From an uncultured Patescibacteria group bacterium (GTDB taxonomy: Bacteria; Patescibacteriota; Microgenomatia; UBA1400; PJMF01), in assembly GCA_905478415.1 (NCBI GenBank), contig CAJQIG010000004.1:75523-139522 (forward strand): a stretch of 64,000 nucleotides of DNA, written 5' to 3'. Position numbers and translations under genes: made by a program. The notes beneath the pieces were generated by a model. It made no database searches. It was not told the DNA's origin and worked only from the letters and a program-made list of their open reading frames with translations. This document shows positions 11,107 through 20,341 of the stretch, piece by piece. Position 1 is the stretch's first letter. Every line of letters starts with the position of its first letter.

Positions 11107-11375
11107 TAGGGGTCACTTGTCAACATCAAGATACAAGCTTAAAAGCAGCTCATAACTTGCAATTATAATGTTTACATGTTATACTTACGGTTCTCTTTTA
11201 TTAAAAGAGCCAAATGGGTTTAAGCTCGCATTAGTTTTTGAAAAAAACTTTCCTGAATTTCACTGCTTCTTGTCTTTCACCTTTTGTAATTATCTGTCTT
11301 GCATAATGGTAAGACATAATAGTTGGTGTGTTTTCTTAGTGGAAACAACTTTCCGGCTAGAAGAAAGAAGTATAT

Positions 11376-12605
11376 ATGTATCGACAACGAAATTCGTCCT
11401 CGAATTCGAACTCTAAGAGAGATCAACGGGGCAACTATGGTAAGAGACGTAGCTCAGGTGGTTTTGGAAGATCAAGAGGGGGCTCTAGAAATTCTAGAAG
11501 AATGTCCTCATTTGATCCTTCAATGCTCATTCAAAGAGCAGTCCCTGAAGCACCGAAACCAGAATATGTTTCAACTAATCTGTTTGTTGATTTTGCTATT
11601 CATGCAGACCTCAAAAGAAATATTGTTGAGCGTGGTTATGAAACGCCAACTCCTATCCAAGATCAAGTCATTCCTCATATTTTAGACGGTCGTGACGTTA
11701 TTGGTCTAGCTAGTACCGGAACAGGAAAAACAGCTGCCTTTTTAATTCCTCTGATTCATGATGTGTATGAAAGAGAAAATCATAAAGTCTTGATTATGGC
11801 TCCTACCCGAGAACTAGCAGTACAAATTGAAGCTGAGTTCAAACTATTCTCTCAAGGAATGGGACTCTACTCTGCACTTTGTATTGGTGGGGCTTCGATG
11901 GGTCGTCAAATTGATAACCTTCGCAGAAAACCAGAATTTGTAATTGGAACTCCAGGTCGATTAATTGACCTAGAGCGTCAAAGAAAAATTAACTTTAACT
12001 CATTTTCAGCTATTGTTTTAGACGAAGTTGACCAGATGCTTGATATGGGATTTATTAATGACATGAAATATGTCATCGATAAACTCCCTAAAGAACGTCA
12101 CTCACTCTTTTTCTCAGCTACGTTAGCTGACAAGATGACTGACATCGTCAATAGTTTTCTACAAAACCCTGTAAAAGTTCAAATTGAAAAACAAAAAGCA
12201 GCTACTAATGTTAATCAAGATATTGTGAAGCTCAAAGGTCAATCAAAAGTTGATGTCCTTCATGACCTACTCAACACCGAAGGGTTTGATAAAGTCTTAG
12301 TGTTTGGTAGAACCAAACATGGTCTCGACAAGCTATCTAAGATCCTCTACCAAAGAGGTGTCCGAGTCGCTGCCATTCATGGTAATAAAAGCCAAAATCA
12401 GCGACAGCGATCTCTGCAACAATTTAAGCGAAACGCGGTACAAGTGTTACTCGCAACAGATATTGCATCAAGAGGTCTCGATATTGATGATGTTACTCAC
12501 GTGATTAATTATGATCTTCCTCAAACGTACGAAGATTATATTCATCGTATTGGTAGAACTGGTCGTGCTAATAAAACTGGTACTGCCTTAAGTTTTGTTG
12601 ACTAA
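11376..12605 (+). CDS. DEAD-box ATP-dependent RNA helicase with N-terminal Arg/Gly/Ser-rich extension
   Basis: Q motif (TPTPIQ), ASTGTGKT, motif II reads DEVD rather than DEAD, SAT, HRIGRTGRA. N-terminal RGG-like region. Confidence 0.9.
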   Translation: MYRQRNSSSNSNSKRDQRGNYGKRRSSGGFGRSRGGSRNSRRMSSFDPSMLIQRAVPEAPKPEYVSTNLFVDFAIHADLKRNIVERGYETPTPIQDQVIPHILDGRDVIGLASTGTGKTAAFLIPLIHDVYERENHKVLIMAPTRELAVQIEAEFKLFSQGMGLYSALCIGGASMGRQIDNLRRKPEFVIGTPGRLIDLERQRKINFNSFSAIVLDEVDQMLDMGFINDMKYVIDKLPKERHSLFFSATLADKMTDIVNSFLQNPVKVQIEKQKAATNVNQDIVKLKGQSKVDVLHDLLNTEGFDKVLVFGRTKHGLDKLSKILYQRGVRVAAIHGNKSQNQRQRSLQQFKRNAVQVLLATDIASRGLDIDDVTHVINYDLPQTYEDYIHRIGRTGRANKTGTALSFVD

Positions 12606-12627
12606 CTAACTGCAATTTCTAAGTAAC

Positions 12628-12657
12628 AAAAAGCCCCTCTGTTTGAGGGGCTTTTTA
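12628..12657. terminator. Rho-independent terminator (bidirectional) between the helicase and the RimK-like gene
   Basis: AGCCCCTC-tgttt-GAGGGGCT stem flanked by an A-run and a T-run. Confidence 0.7.
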
Positions 12658-12678
12658 GTTCTATCTTACTTCTAATTA

Positions 12679-13734
12679 TTACTTTGTTTGTTCCTTTAAT
12701 TCTGGAAACAGCAAGTATAAAAACTCTCGGGCTGCGTGTCTATTTTTGCCCACGTAGGGGTAATCATGAATATCAAAACCGGGAGAATCATTTATTTCAA
12801 GAATCACATATCGATCTTTTGTCTGCGGTTTAGTAATATCGGTACTCATAAAATCAAGGCCGGTAAAAGAAAGCCCTGGGATTGTTCTAATAGCTGTCAA
12901 AGCAATCTCATTCACACTTGGATGAACCTTATCAGTGTAGTCTATGGCATCTCCACCTTGAGATATATTTGAGATCTTCCTGAGAAAGATCTGTTTACCA
13001 TCCTCAACCACAGAATCTAGAGATAGTGCTTGATTTGCCAAATTTTCTTTCAGCTTCTTATCCATTCTGATTTTGAGATGAGTTTTCTTAATTCCTTCTG
13101 CACTTCGTATCTCCTCGGCATTCTTTGTGATAATCAGCTGTTTAATGGTGTCAGTACCATTCCCTGTAACATTGGCGGGGATTCGCTTCAAGACACCAAT
13201 AACTTTGTCCCGAGTTACTAGAACACGGTACTCTTCTCCAGGAAACATCTCCTCGACAATAATAGTATACTTTTTCTTTGTTGAGTATGAAAAAGCCATA
13301 GCAATAGCTTCTAGATACTGTTCATAGGTCGACACACTTAAGGTAATGTTTTCTCCCCAGGTTCCATCTCCTGGTTTAACTACTAACGGTTTTTCAAGTG
13401 AATCAAAAATTTCAGCTAAGTCAGCATCACTTTGCTCATGAGTAACCCGAAACCCACGAGGAACACTGATGCCAGCCTGTTGCAACAAATTGCTCGTCAT
13501 CTTTTTATTATTACAGGCATATTTTGCAAGTGCTGTCGTTGATGAGGGAATTTGATGATAATATGATCTCTCAATGCCACGGTACGTTAAGGTCACAATT
13601 TGTGTACCAGGAATGATTTTCCAAACAATGCCATGTTTCTCTGCTTCCTCAATCACTAATCGAGAGCTATTGCTCAGGTTTTTATTTTTCTTAAGTCCAG
13701 TTGGAGAATAGTACTTATATATCAATTTTGACAA
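12679..13734 (-). CDS. ATP-grasp ligase, RimK/cyanophycin-synthetase-like
   Basis: PLVVKPGDGTWGENI, EEMFPGEEYRV, ILEINDSPGF motifs. Confidence 0.6.
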   Translation of the reverse strand: MSKLIYKYYSPTGLKKNKNLSNSSRLVIEEAEKHGIVWKIIPGTQIVTLTYRGIERSYYHQIPSSTTALAKYACNNKKMTSNLLQQAGISVPRGFRVTHEQSDADLAEIFDSLEKPLVVKPGDGTWGENITLSVSTYEQYLEAIAMAFSYSTKKKYTIIVEEMFPGEEYRVLVTRDKVIGVLKRIPANVTGNGTDTIKQLIITKNAEEIRSAEGIKKTHLKIRMDKKLKENLANQALSLDSVVEDGKQIFLRKISNISQGGDAIDYTDKVHPSVNEIALTAIRTIPGLSFTGLDFMSTDITKPQTKDRYVILEINDSPGFDIHDYPYVGKNRHAAREFLYLLFPELKEQTK

Positions 13735-13915
13735 AAATGTCCTTTCTTATGACACAAGCGCATAAGTTCTGAAACAGAACTTGGTCTACAAGTCGTCACG
13801 GTATTACATTCAGAAATAAATTTCTAGATACTCCACTGAGTGGAAAAACTCTCTAAAGAGTAAGTATGTGGCCCTTATTATACCAGATTTTTGTGTCTTA
13901 TAGTATTTCAATTTT

Positions 13916-14215
13916 CTAATCACTAAGTCTGATTATAAAAGTAACCCTTTTCCCCAACGTCATACCTTCTTTTTCACGGACCGCAACTTTAAGTGGTAAC
14001 ATAAACGAACTGCTCTTTTTGTCTGGAAAAATGGAAGTTTCCCAAGTAGTAGCTCCAACTTGGACAGATACTCTGAGCGATCCCCAACCTCGCTTTGCAT
14101 GACTGAAAAAATAATTAATTTCTTTAGCTATATCGACCGGTAAAGTTGTGAAGTACCAGGCTGCTTTTCCTGGGTGTACGAAAACTTTTGTTTTGAAATG
14201 GTATGTCTTTGTCAT
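13916..14215 (-). CDS. DUF1905-family protein (YdeI-like)
   Basis: KTYHFKTKVF...GWGSLRVSVQVGATTWETSIFP. The start is trimmed to Met21 because a minus-strand terminator hairpin at 14243-14269 lies inside the longer ORF. Confidence 0.55.
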   Translation of the reverse strand: MTKTYHFKTKVFVHPGKAAWYFTTLPVDIAKEINYFFSHAKRGWGSLRVSVQVGATTWETSIFPDKKSSSFMLPLKVAVREKEGMTLGKRVTFIIRLSD

Positions 14216-14242
14216 ATGGAGCTTACTTATTATAGCGTATAT

Positions 14243-14269
14243 ACAAAAATACCTCCCGGGAAGGGAGGT
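14243..14269 (-). terminator. Rho-independent terminator of the PH-domain gene
   Basis: ACCTCCC-gggaa-GGGAGGT 7-bp stem followed on the minus strand by a TTTTT run. Confidence 0.65.
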
Positions 14270-14295
14270 ATGCATCGTTATTTATTGATCAAATT

Positions 14296-14667
14296 TTACT
14301 TGAGAACATAACGTGCTAACGTCTGTTGGACAGCCAAAATATTGCTGCCCTTCTTAAAACGCTTAATCGTCGGAGCTGATTGGCCTTTAACCCAAATTTT
14401 TAGTTCTGAGTCAAGATCCCAGCTACCCGCCGTTTCAGTAGCAAACGCAATGATACTTGACCAGGGAATAGAAAGATATTCAACTTTCTTCCCTGTTAGA
14501 CCTTGCTTATCTACTAAAATTAAGCGCTTTGGTGTAAACACCATCATGTCACGAATAATTAAAAATGCTGTTTCTACGACTTCGCCTTCAATCAGAACAT
14601 CAGCAACTTCAGCTCGTGCATCTTCAACTGTCATCTCTGTGGCGTTTCCAAGTAAACCATGAAACAT
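14296..14667 (-). CDS. Bacterial PH-domain (YdbT/bPH-like) protein
   Basis: 123 aa all-beta sequence with the bPH-like pattern; weak recognition. Confidence 0.4.
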   Translation of the reverse strand: MFHGLLGNATEMTVEDARAEVADVLIEGEVVETAFLIIRDMMVFTPKRLILVDKQGLTGKKVEYLSIPWSSIIAFATETAGSWDLDSELKIWVKGQSAPTIKRFKKGSNILAVQQTLARYVLK

Positions 14668-14824
14668 TTTTTTCTCCTTTTTTTGAACAATAAATTGTAA
14701 AGATCATTGAGCACTACACTAAAAACGCTATTTTAATGCTCACTCAAGAGTATTATCGTATTCTATAGTAGATATTTTGCTTGTCAACAATTATGGGACT
14801 ATTTACAAATAAAAGCTATTAATT

Positions 14825-15631
14825 CTATAGTTGTGGCGGAATAGGCTCAAAACTAGCTCTTGGCTTGAAGCTCGGGTTGGGCACAGAGCTGCTGATTGGG
14901 CTTGGAAGTGGCTGTGTTATCTTACCTGGAACATCTCGAAGGTTGCCTCTTTCTTCTTCTTTTTCCATAGCAGAATCATCTTGAGAATACTCTGAACTGA
15001 CTTTCAAAACACCTAAGCTTACAAGCGTGTTTTCTCTACTACCTACTGAGGTAACCATAGATGCTCGGTCAATTTTAACCTGAGTTTTCAAAGACTCAGG
15101 CTTCATTTTGAACTCAATTGTAGCCGCAAGTAACTGAGTATCACTGGCTAAGATAGTAGGATCTCTACCTAAGATAATACTCACTACCCCACTTTGATCA
15201 TCGATACTAGCTTCTTGCAAAGTAATAGAAAAATCTTTTCCAGGAAAAACGCGAAGTACTTCAACCGCATTCGAATCATAGGAAAAAACAAGTTGTGCTG
15301 CTGATGGGTTCGTCTGACCAATGGGCTCAAGCATAACACTTGAACGAAGTATCTCTCCATCGGTACTTTGTATTTCCGATTCATCAAAGTAAGCTTTTAC
15401 CCCATGTTGCATTGCAGCCTGGCTACGGTCATCGGAGTTGTAGTTAACTATCATTCTACCAACTATGAGCCCTACAATAAGTACTGTCACCACAAATCCA
15501 TTAACCAAGAAATAACGATTCTTTTTATTTTTAAAAAAGGTTTTAACAGGAGATACAGTTTTTTGAGAACTCTCATCACTGAGAACTTGCATAGGTTCGT
15601 GTATTGTTTGTTCTTCTTTTTTCATATTCAT
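14825..15631 (-). CDS. Hypothetical single-pass membrane protein
   Basis: N-terminal cytoplasmic segment, TM helix FLVNGFVVTVLIVGLIVGRMIV, extracytoplasmic domain with a Pro/Ser-rich C-terminus. Confidence 0.45.
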   Translation of the reverse strand: MNMKKEEQTIHEPMQVLSDESSQKTVSPVKTFFKNKKNRYFLVNGFVVTVLIVGLIVGRMIVNYNSDDRSQAAMQHGVKAYFDESEIQSTDGEILRSSVMLEPIGQTNPSAAQLVFSYDSNAVEVLRVFPGKDFSITLQEASIDDQSGVVSIILGRDPTILASDTQLLAATIEFKMKPESLKTQVKIDRASMVTSVGSRENTLVSLGVLKVSSEYSQDDSAMEKEEERGNLRDVPGKITQPLPSPISSSVPNPSFKPRASFEPIPPQL

Positions 15632-15632
15632 A

Positions 15633-16967
15633 TCACTGACTTATGTATGCTGTATATAAAAGGTTGTAATCAAAAATATCAATGAGACAACTACCCGTAA
15701 TATTCTTTTCACAACTTTCTGTAAGGAAGAGCTCTCTCAGAGCTGTGAAGTCCTGAACATCAATAACGTTATTACCATTGAGATCAGCTGACAGTCGTTC
15801 AACTGCCGTAATTGCTTCATTATTTGTTGTTTTCTTTGGTCGAGTTGTCGGACTTGGTCGAGGACTATTAGTTGATCCTGGTCGAGTACTTGGTGATGGC
15901 GTAGGTACAGCACTCGGTGCTGAGGTAGGAGAAGCTACAGGACTTGGGCTTGCTATCGGACTGATTGAAGGACTTGGCACTATCGTGGGATCAGGTGTTG
16001 GACTTGCCTGTGGAGAGGGAGTAATCGTTGGAGCAGGAGAGTCTCCAAAATGAGCCCAATGAAATAATCCCAAACTTAAACCAAAAGATGTATTTGAACT
16101 TACAATTACATTTAATTGAGCACTTACATCATGGCCTATTCCTGTCAAAACTTGCAGTGGTGCCACAGAAAAGTTTTGATTAACTAATAATCCCTGATAC
16201 TCACTTTGCCAACTGGTAATAGCTAGCTGCTCGCTTCCATTACTGAGTTTAACAGCCGGCTTAACACTTCCCAATGAAACCGTATTCTGGATAATCTGAC
16301 TCTGAACATCGTCACAACTAGCAAGTAAATAGCAGGCACTCGATAAGCTAGCAACAGAGCTGAAAAGTTCTGGATACTTAGTGGCATAGTAACTTGATCC
16401 AATACCACCCATAGAGAATCCCTGAATAGCACGTGCTTCTCTAGTTCCATACGTTCTAAAAGTAGCATCAACAACCGGGATCAACTCAGTAATCAACATT
16501 GTTTCTGGACAAGCTTTGGTTTGAGTACAATCTCCCACAGCATCAATGTAATTCAGTCCTTTTCCTCCGTTGGGAAAAATAACAATTGTCTTAGGGAGAG
16601 CACCGGCGTCTATAAGGCTTGGAAGACTATTGGCATTACCACTGGTTGAATTATGATAATTCCACTCATTACCATTTATTCCGTGAAGGAAGTAAATAAC
16701 CGGGTAGTATTCATTACTAGCCTCATATCCAGGGGGTAAATACACTGTATATCCTACTTCAGTTTGCATTGTGGAGCTAAAAAATGAGTAGTGGCTAATG
16801 TTAGCCGGACCATTAATTACAGATGGATAGTTCCATTTAACAGTCCCAGATTGTGCAAGCACGCTTTCTGGCTTAAAAAGTAAAAGCCCAATCAGTGAGA
16901 ATGTTACTAGTAAGAAGAGAAAACGGGACAACTTATGCATAGTTGGCATTATAAACAAATCGTTCAC
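15633..16967 (-). CDS. Secreted alpha/beta-hydrolase esterase (esterase D/PF00756-like) with Pro/Ser/Thr linker and C-terminal dockerin-like repeat
   Basis: Signal peptide; YPVIYFLHGINGN and GFSMGG nucleophile elbow; linker SPSPVASPTSAPSAVPTPSPS; C-terminal DLNGNNVIDVQDF matches a dockerin/EF-hand-like Ca-binding repeat. Confidence 0.65.
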   Translation of the reverse strand: MNDLFIMPTMHKLSRFLFLLVTFSLIGLLLFKPESVLAQSGTVKWNYPSVINGPANISHYSFFSSTMQTEVGYTVYLPPGYEASNEYYPVIYFLHGINGNEWNYHNSTSGNANSLPSLIDAGALPKTIVIFPNGGKGLNYIDAVGDCTQTKACPETMLITELIPVVDATFRTYGTREARAIQGFSMGGIGSSYYATKYPELFSSVASLSSACYLLASCDDVQSQIIQNTVSLGSVKPAVKLSNGSEQLAITSWQSEYQGLLVNQNFSVAPLQVLTGIGHDVSAQLNVIVSSNTSFGLSLGLFHWAHFGDSPAPTITPSPQASPTPDPTIVPSPSISPIASPSPVASPTSAPSAVPTPSPSTRPGSTNSPRPSPTTRPKKTTNNEAITAVERLSADLNGNNVIDVQDFTALRELFLTESCEKNITGSCLIDIFDYNLLYTAYISQ

Positions 16968-17008
16968 TCATACACAACCGCAAGTTTTTCGTATAAAAAT
17001 TAAGTTAC

Positions 17009-18469
17009 CTACTTTTCCAAGTCTAAAATTGAATCAATTCGAATCTGAGAGACAAAGTCATCAACGTGAGAAACCATGATCATGGTGCCCTGATAAGTGT
17101 CGAGCGCAGCTGCAATAACTGGTAAATGTCTGAAGTTGATGTGATTTGTTGGTTCGTCCAATATCAACAGACCAGGTGCCTGAAGCACTAATCTGGCAAA
17201 ACTAACTAATCCTTTTTGACCTTCTGAGAGATCTCTAATCTCTGTCTTAATTAATTGAGAGGTCATTAAAAAGCCTGAGGCCACAGCGCGTAGATGCTCC
17301 TCTGTACCGCTGCCATCTCCAGATAACATGGCTTCAACTAAGGATTGGTGCACAGTGTGAGAATAATCAAGTGTAGAAAAATCCTGACGATAGTAGCCAA
17401 CCCGCACTCCTGGAGAGATTTTGGCACCTACTGCAGTCCCACGAGCCATAGATTCAATCAAGGTCGTCTTCCCAATGCCATTTGGACCCTTCACCAGTAA
17501 ATGTTGATTTTTACCAAGTAAAATACGTGCTGGTTTGGTAATTTCTTGACCATCCTGCATAATGGTAAATGAATCAACAGTCATGACGGTACTTGGAACA
17601 TCCTTTTGAGCAGGAATCATAAACTTTCGAATCGTTTTATCTTCTTTACGAACTTCTACCTTTTCGCTTTCGTACGCCTCAACTTTTTCACGCATTTTTC
17701 TGGCTACGAGACGCATCTTGCCACCCTTATGGGCAAAGTAGTTAATTTTTTCTTTATTTTCCTGAATTTCTTTAGCCATACGAGCATTTTTGCGATTCTC
17801 TTTTTCAATTCTGGTCTTAATCTCTTCGACTACATCGTAGTACGTGCCAACATATTGTTCTACCTGTCGTTTATAGACATCTAGATATAAGACTCCATCG
17901 GTGAAGGTATTTAAAAAATCGGCATCATGAGAAATAACGAGGACTGTTTTTGGATAGGTCATCAAAAACACCATTAAGTGACCAATCCCCTCTGCATCTA
18001 AGTTATTTGTTGGTTCATCAAGCAGTAGAATATCTGGTTCTTGAATCAAAGCCGCTGCTAACAGCAATCGTGCCTGTTGGCCTCCCGAAAAATCATCCAC
18101 TACTTTTTCTAAATCTGCAGTCAAGTTTACTGCTCCCAGTGCTGCACTGATTCTTTTCTGCAACTCGTGAGGTTCCACATCCACCACTTTTCTAAAAAAA
18201 GCTTCGACTGTGAGTTTTCTCTCTTCTGGAGTAATAACTTGATGTGCTGTTGCTACTGTTAATTCTTTGTTGACTGCCACAATGCCAGATTGTGGCTGTA
18301 AATCGCCTGTGATCAACTTAAAAATAGTGCTTTTACCTGCCCCATTTTGGCCCATCAGTGCTACCTTCATGCCTCTACGCACCGTAAAGCTGACCTCTTC
18401 GAGAATTTCTCTTCGATAGCCATGTTCAAAGGTCACGTCGGTAAAGTTAATCACTGTTTCGTTTGACAT
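17009..18469 (-). CDS. ABC-F family ATPase (tandem ABC domains, no TMD)
   Basis: Two Walker A motifs (GQNGAGKST, GPNGIGKTT) and two LSGGQ signatures. Start moved to MSNETV (18469) to avoid overlap with the upstream peptidase gene. Confidence 0.85.
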   Translation of the reverse strand: MSNETVINFTDVTFEHGYRREILEEVSFTVRRGMKVALMGQNGAGKSTIFKLITGDLQPQSGIVAVNKELTVATAHQVITPEERKLTVEAFFRKVVDVEPHELQKRISAALGAVNLTADLEKVVDDFSGGQQARLLLAAALIQEPDILLLDEPTNNLDAEGIGHLMVFLMTYPKTVLVISHDADFLNTFTDGVLYLDVYKRQVEQYVGTYYDVVEEIKTRIEKENRKNARMAKEIQENKEKINYFAHKGGKMRLVARKMREKVEAYESEKVEVRKEDKTIRKFMIPAQKDVPSTVMTVDSFTIMQDGQEITKPARILLGKNQHLLVKGPNGIGKTTLIESMARGTAVGAKISPGVRVGYYRQDFSTLDYSHTVHQSLVEAMLSGDGSGTEEHLRAVASGFLMTSQLIKTEIRDLSEGQKGLVSFARLVLQAPGLLILDEPTNHINFRHLPVIAAALDTYQGTMIMVSHVDDFVSQIRIDSILDLEK

Positions 18470-18522
18470 ATAACAATTTGCTAGTGTATCACATTTTTGC
18501 CCTAAAAACTTGACTGATACCT

Positions 18523-19191
18523 CTATAAAAGAATAGGCAGAAGTTCTGAAAAAACCAGCCCTATTGCTCGTCTCTTCGTTTCTGTCGAACACTGGGTAGG
18601 AATTTCTGGCAAAATACCTCGCTTTGTCTTGTGGTTAAAAAGTAAGTAATCAGATAAATTTCCAGAGTGGGGATTTGGCTGCATGTGGCCTGAAGAAAAG
18701 TATCCATTCACAAATCTATGTCCAAGAGCTGGGTCGGCAGGGTCATCAACTCCGTCATACGTATCCAAATTTATTGCTGCTAATTTATTGGTAAACCGCT
18801 GCCACTTCTCCTGAGAAATAAGACCAGTATCGTAGAGATACAACTCCGAGAATTCATAATCTTCATGAATAGAAACAAACAACTCAAAAGAGTGTTGGTT
18901 AATAAGCTCCAAGTTATCTATGACTTCGGGATGAGTGCAAGTGGTAAAGAAATTTCGATTTACATCTAACCCATCTGCATTTTTTCTAGTTTTTTGAGCA
19001 ACTGCCGAAGGGCTGACTTCAGGAACATAAATAAAATCGGGTAACTGATCAGTGTGAGCTAGAATATATTCCCTTGTTGGCTCAATCACGCTCCATTCGT
19101 CACCATGGGTACCAGTATGGATCAGTAACTGAGGGTGCTCACCTTTTTGATAGTATGAGATCGTACCAAGTTTTTTTTCTTGAAGTTGCAT
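18523..19191 (-). CDS. M14-family zinc carboxypeptidase-like protein (AstE/AspA superfamily)
   Basis: HTGTHGDEW (HxxE zinc site), GLDVNRNF, SIHED motifs. Confidence 0.6.
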   Translation of the reverse strand: MQLQEKKLGTISYYQKGEHPQLLIHTGTHGDEWSVIEPTREYILAHTDQLPDFIYVPEVSPSAVAQKTRKNADGLDVNRNFFTTCTHPEVIDNLELINQHSFELFVSIHEDYEFSELYLYDTGLISQEKWQRFTNKLAAINLDTYDGVDDPADPALGHRFVNGYFSSGHMQPNPHSGNLSDYLLFNHKTKRGILPEIPTQCSTETKRRAIGLVFSELLPILL

Positions 19192-19333
19192 ACTTCACTT
19201 TCTGCTATAAAAATAACATTACAAAGTGTGGAAATTCTGTTCTTCTATTCTACTTGAGGTCTCAAGGTAATTCAATCAGCTTGTTTTTCCTATTGTATTC
19301 GGTAAAAAAACAGCGATACTATCATGTATATAT

Positions 19334-20341
19334 ATGAAACCACTCCCTAAAAAAATTGCGATTCTGTACTCAGAAGCAAAACGAAGTTACTTTCCCACCG
19401 AACAGCAATATATTTCAGAAGCAGAAGTCAAAGGCAGATCGAAGCTATTAGCCACGCACCTCGAAAAAATTGGTGTTGAAGTTGCCCTGATACCTGGAAA
19501 CGACTCTCTTTCATCCCACTTAAAACGCAGTAAGCCTGATTTTGTCATAAACTTAGTTGACTCCGTCTACGGCAAAGAATATCTTAGTGCTGTTATTCCT
19601 GGCACTCTAGAATTACTGCAAATTCCTTACACCGGTACCGGTATGCTCGGACAAGCTATTAACTCAAATAAGTTTTTTACAAAGAATTTGCTCGAACAGT
19701 ATGGTATCACTACCCCTAAGTACCAACTTATTAAAGAGGTGAACGAGCAAATTGACCCCGTGCTCGATTATCCACTGATCGCCAAGCTCAACGAGATACA
19801 TGGTTCTGTTGAAATCGATGATTCATCCGTCTGCAGTGATGAAAAAGAGCTCCATAAACGAATCCAGTACCTCATTCAAACCTACAAACAACCCGTATTG
19901 ATCGAAGAATTTTTAGTAGGCAGAGAAATTACAGTCATCGTCTTTGAAGGTCTTCACACAAAAGTGTATGCAGCGGAAAAAATATTTGACAAGCCGGCAG
20001 GCTCTAAATATAAAATTGTGACCTTCGATGATAACTGGAACGAAGATGCCGACACCATTAGCTATGTGAAATATCAATTACCACACCGAGTTAAAGAATC
20101 AATTAAACTGGCCTTTCAAGTTCTAAAAATGGAAGACTATGCCAAGTTTGATATTCGTCTCGATGAATCTGGCCGCCACTATATTATTGACTGCAACACC
20201 AATCCTGCACTTGGTCCCAAAAACATGGCCGCTATTGGGAGCATTACTGATTTATATGGCATCAACTTTGAAGAGCTGCTGACCCGTCTGATTCAAAGCC
20301 AGCTCTATGAGCAAGAACAAGAAAAACTCCAACTCTCATGA
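19334..20341 (+). CDS. D-alanine--D-alanine ligase-family ATP-grasp enzyme
   Basis: N-terminal Ddl-like pre-ATP-grasp region (PDFVINLVDSVYGKEY...IPYTGTG) followed by an ATP-grasp fold. Confidence 0.6.
   Translation: MKPLPKKIAILYSEAKRSYFPTEQQYISEAEVKGRSKLLATHLEKIGVEVALIPGNDSLSSHLKRSKPDFVINLVDSVYGKEYLSAVIPGTLELLQIPYTGTGMLGQAINSNKFFTKNLLEQYGITTPKYQLIKEVNEQIDPVLDYPLIAKLNEIHGSVEIDDSSVCSDEKELHKRIQYLIQTYKQPVLIEEFLVGREITVIVFEGLHTKVYAAEKIFDKPAGSKYKIVTFDDNWNEDADTISYVKYQLPHRVKESIKLAFQVLKMEDYAKFDIRLDESGRHYIIDCNTNPALGPKNMAAIGSITDLYGINFEELLTRLIQSQLYEQEQEKLQLS

Noticed and set aside
15778-16053. 91-aa plus-strand ORF (GLGRGLLVDPGRVLGDGVG...)
   Set aside because: It is the antisense shadow of the Pro/Ser/Thr-rich linker of the esterase gene (15633-16967); low-complexity, no start context.
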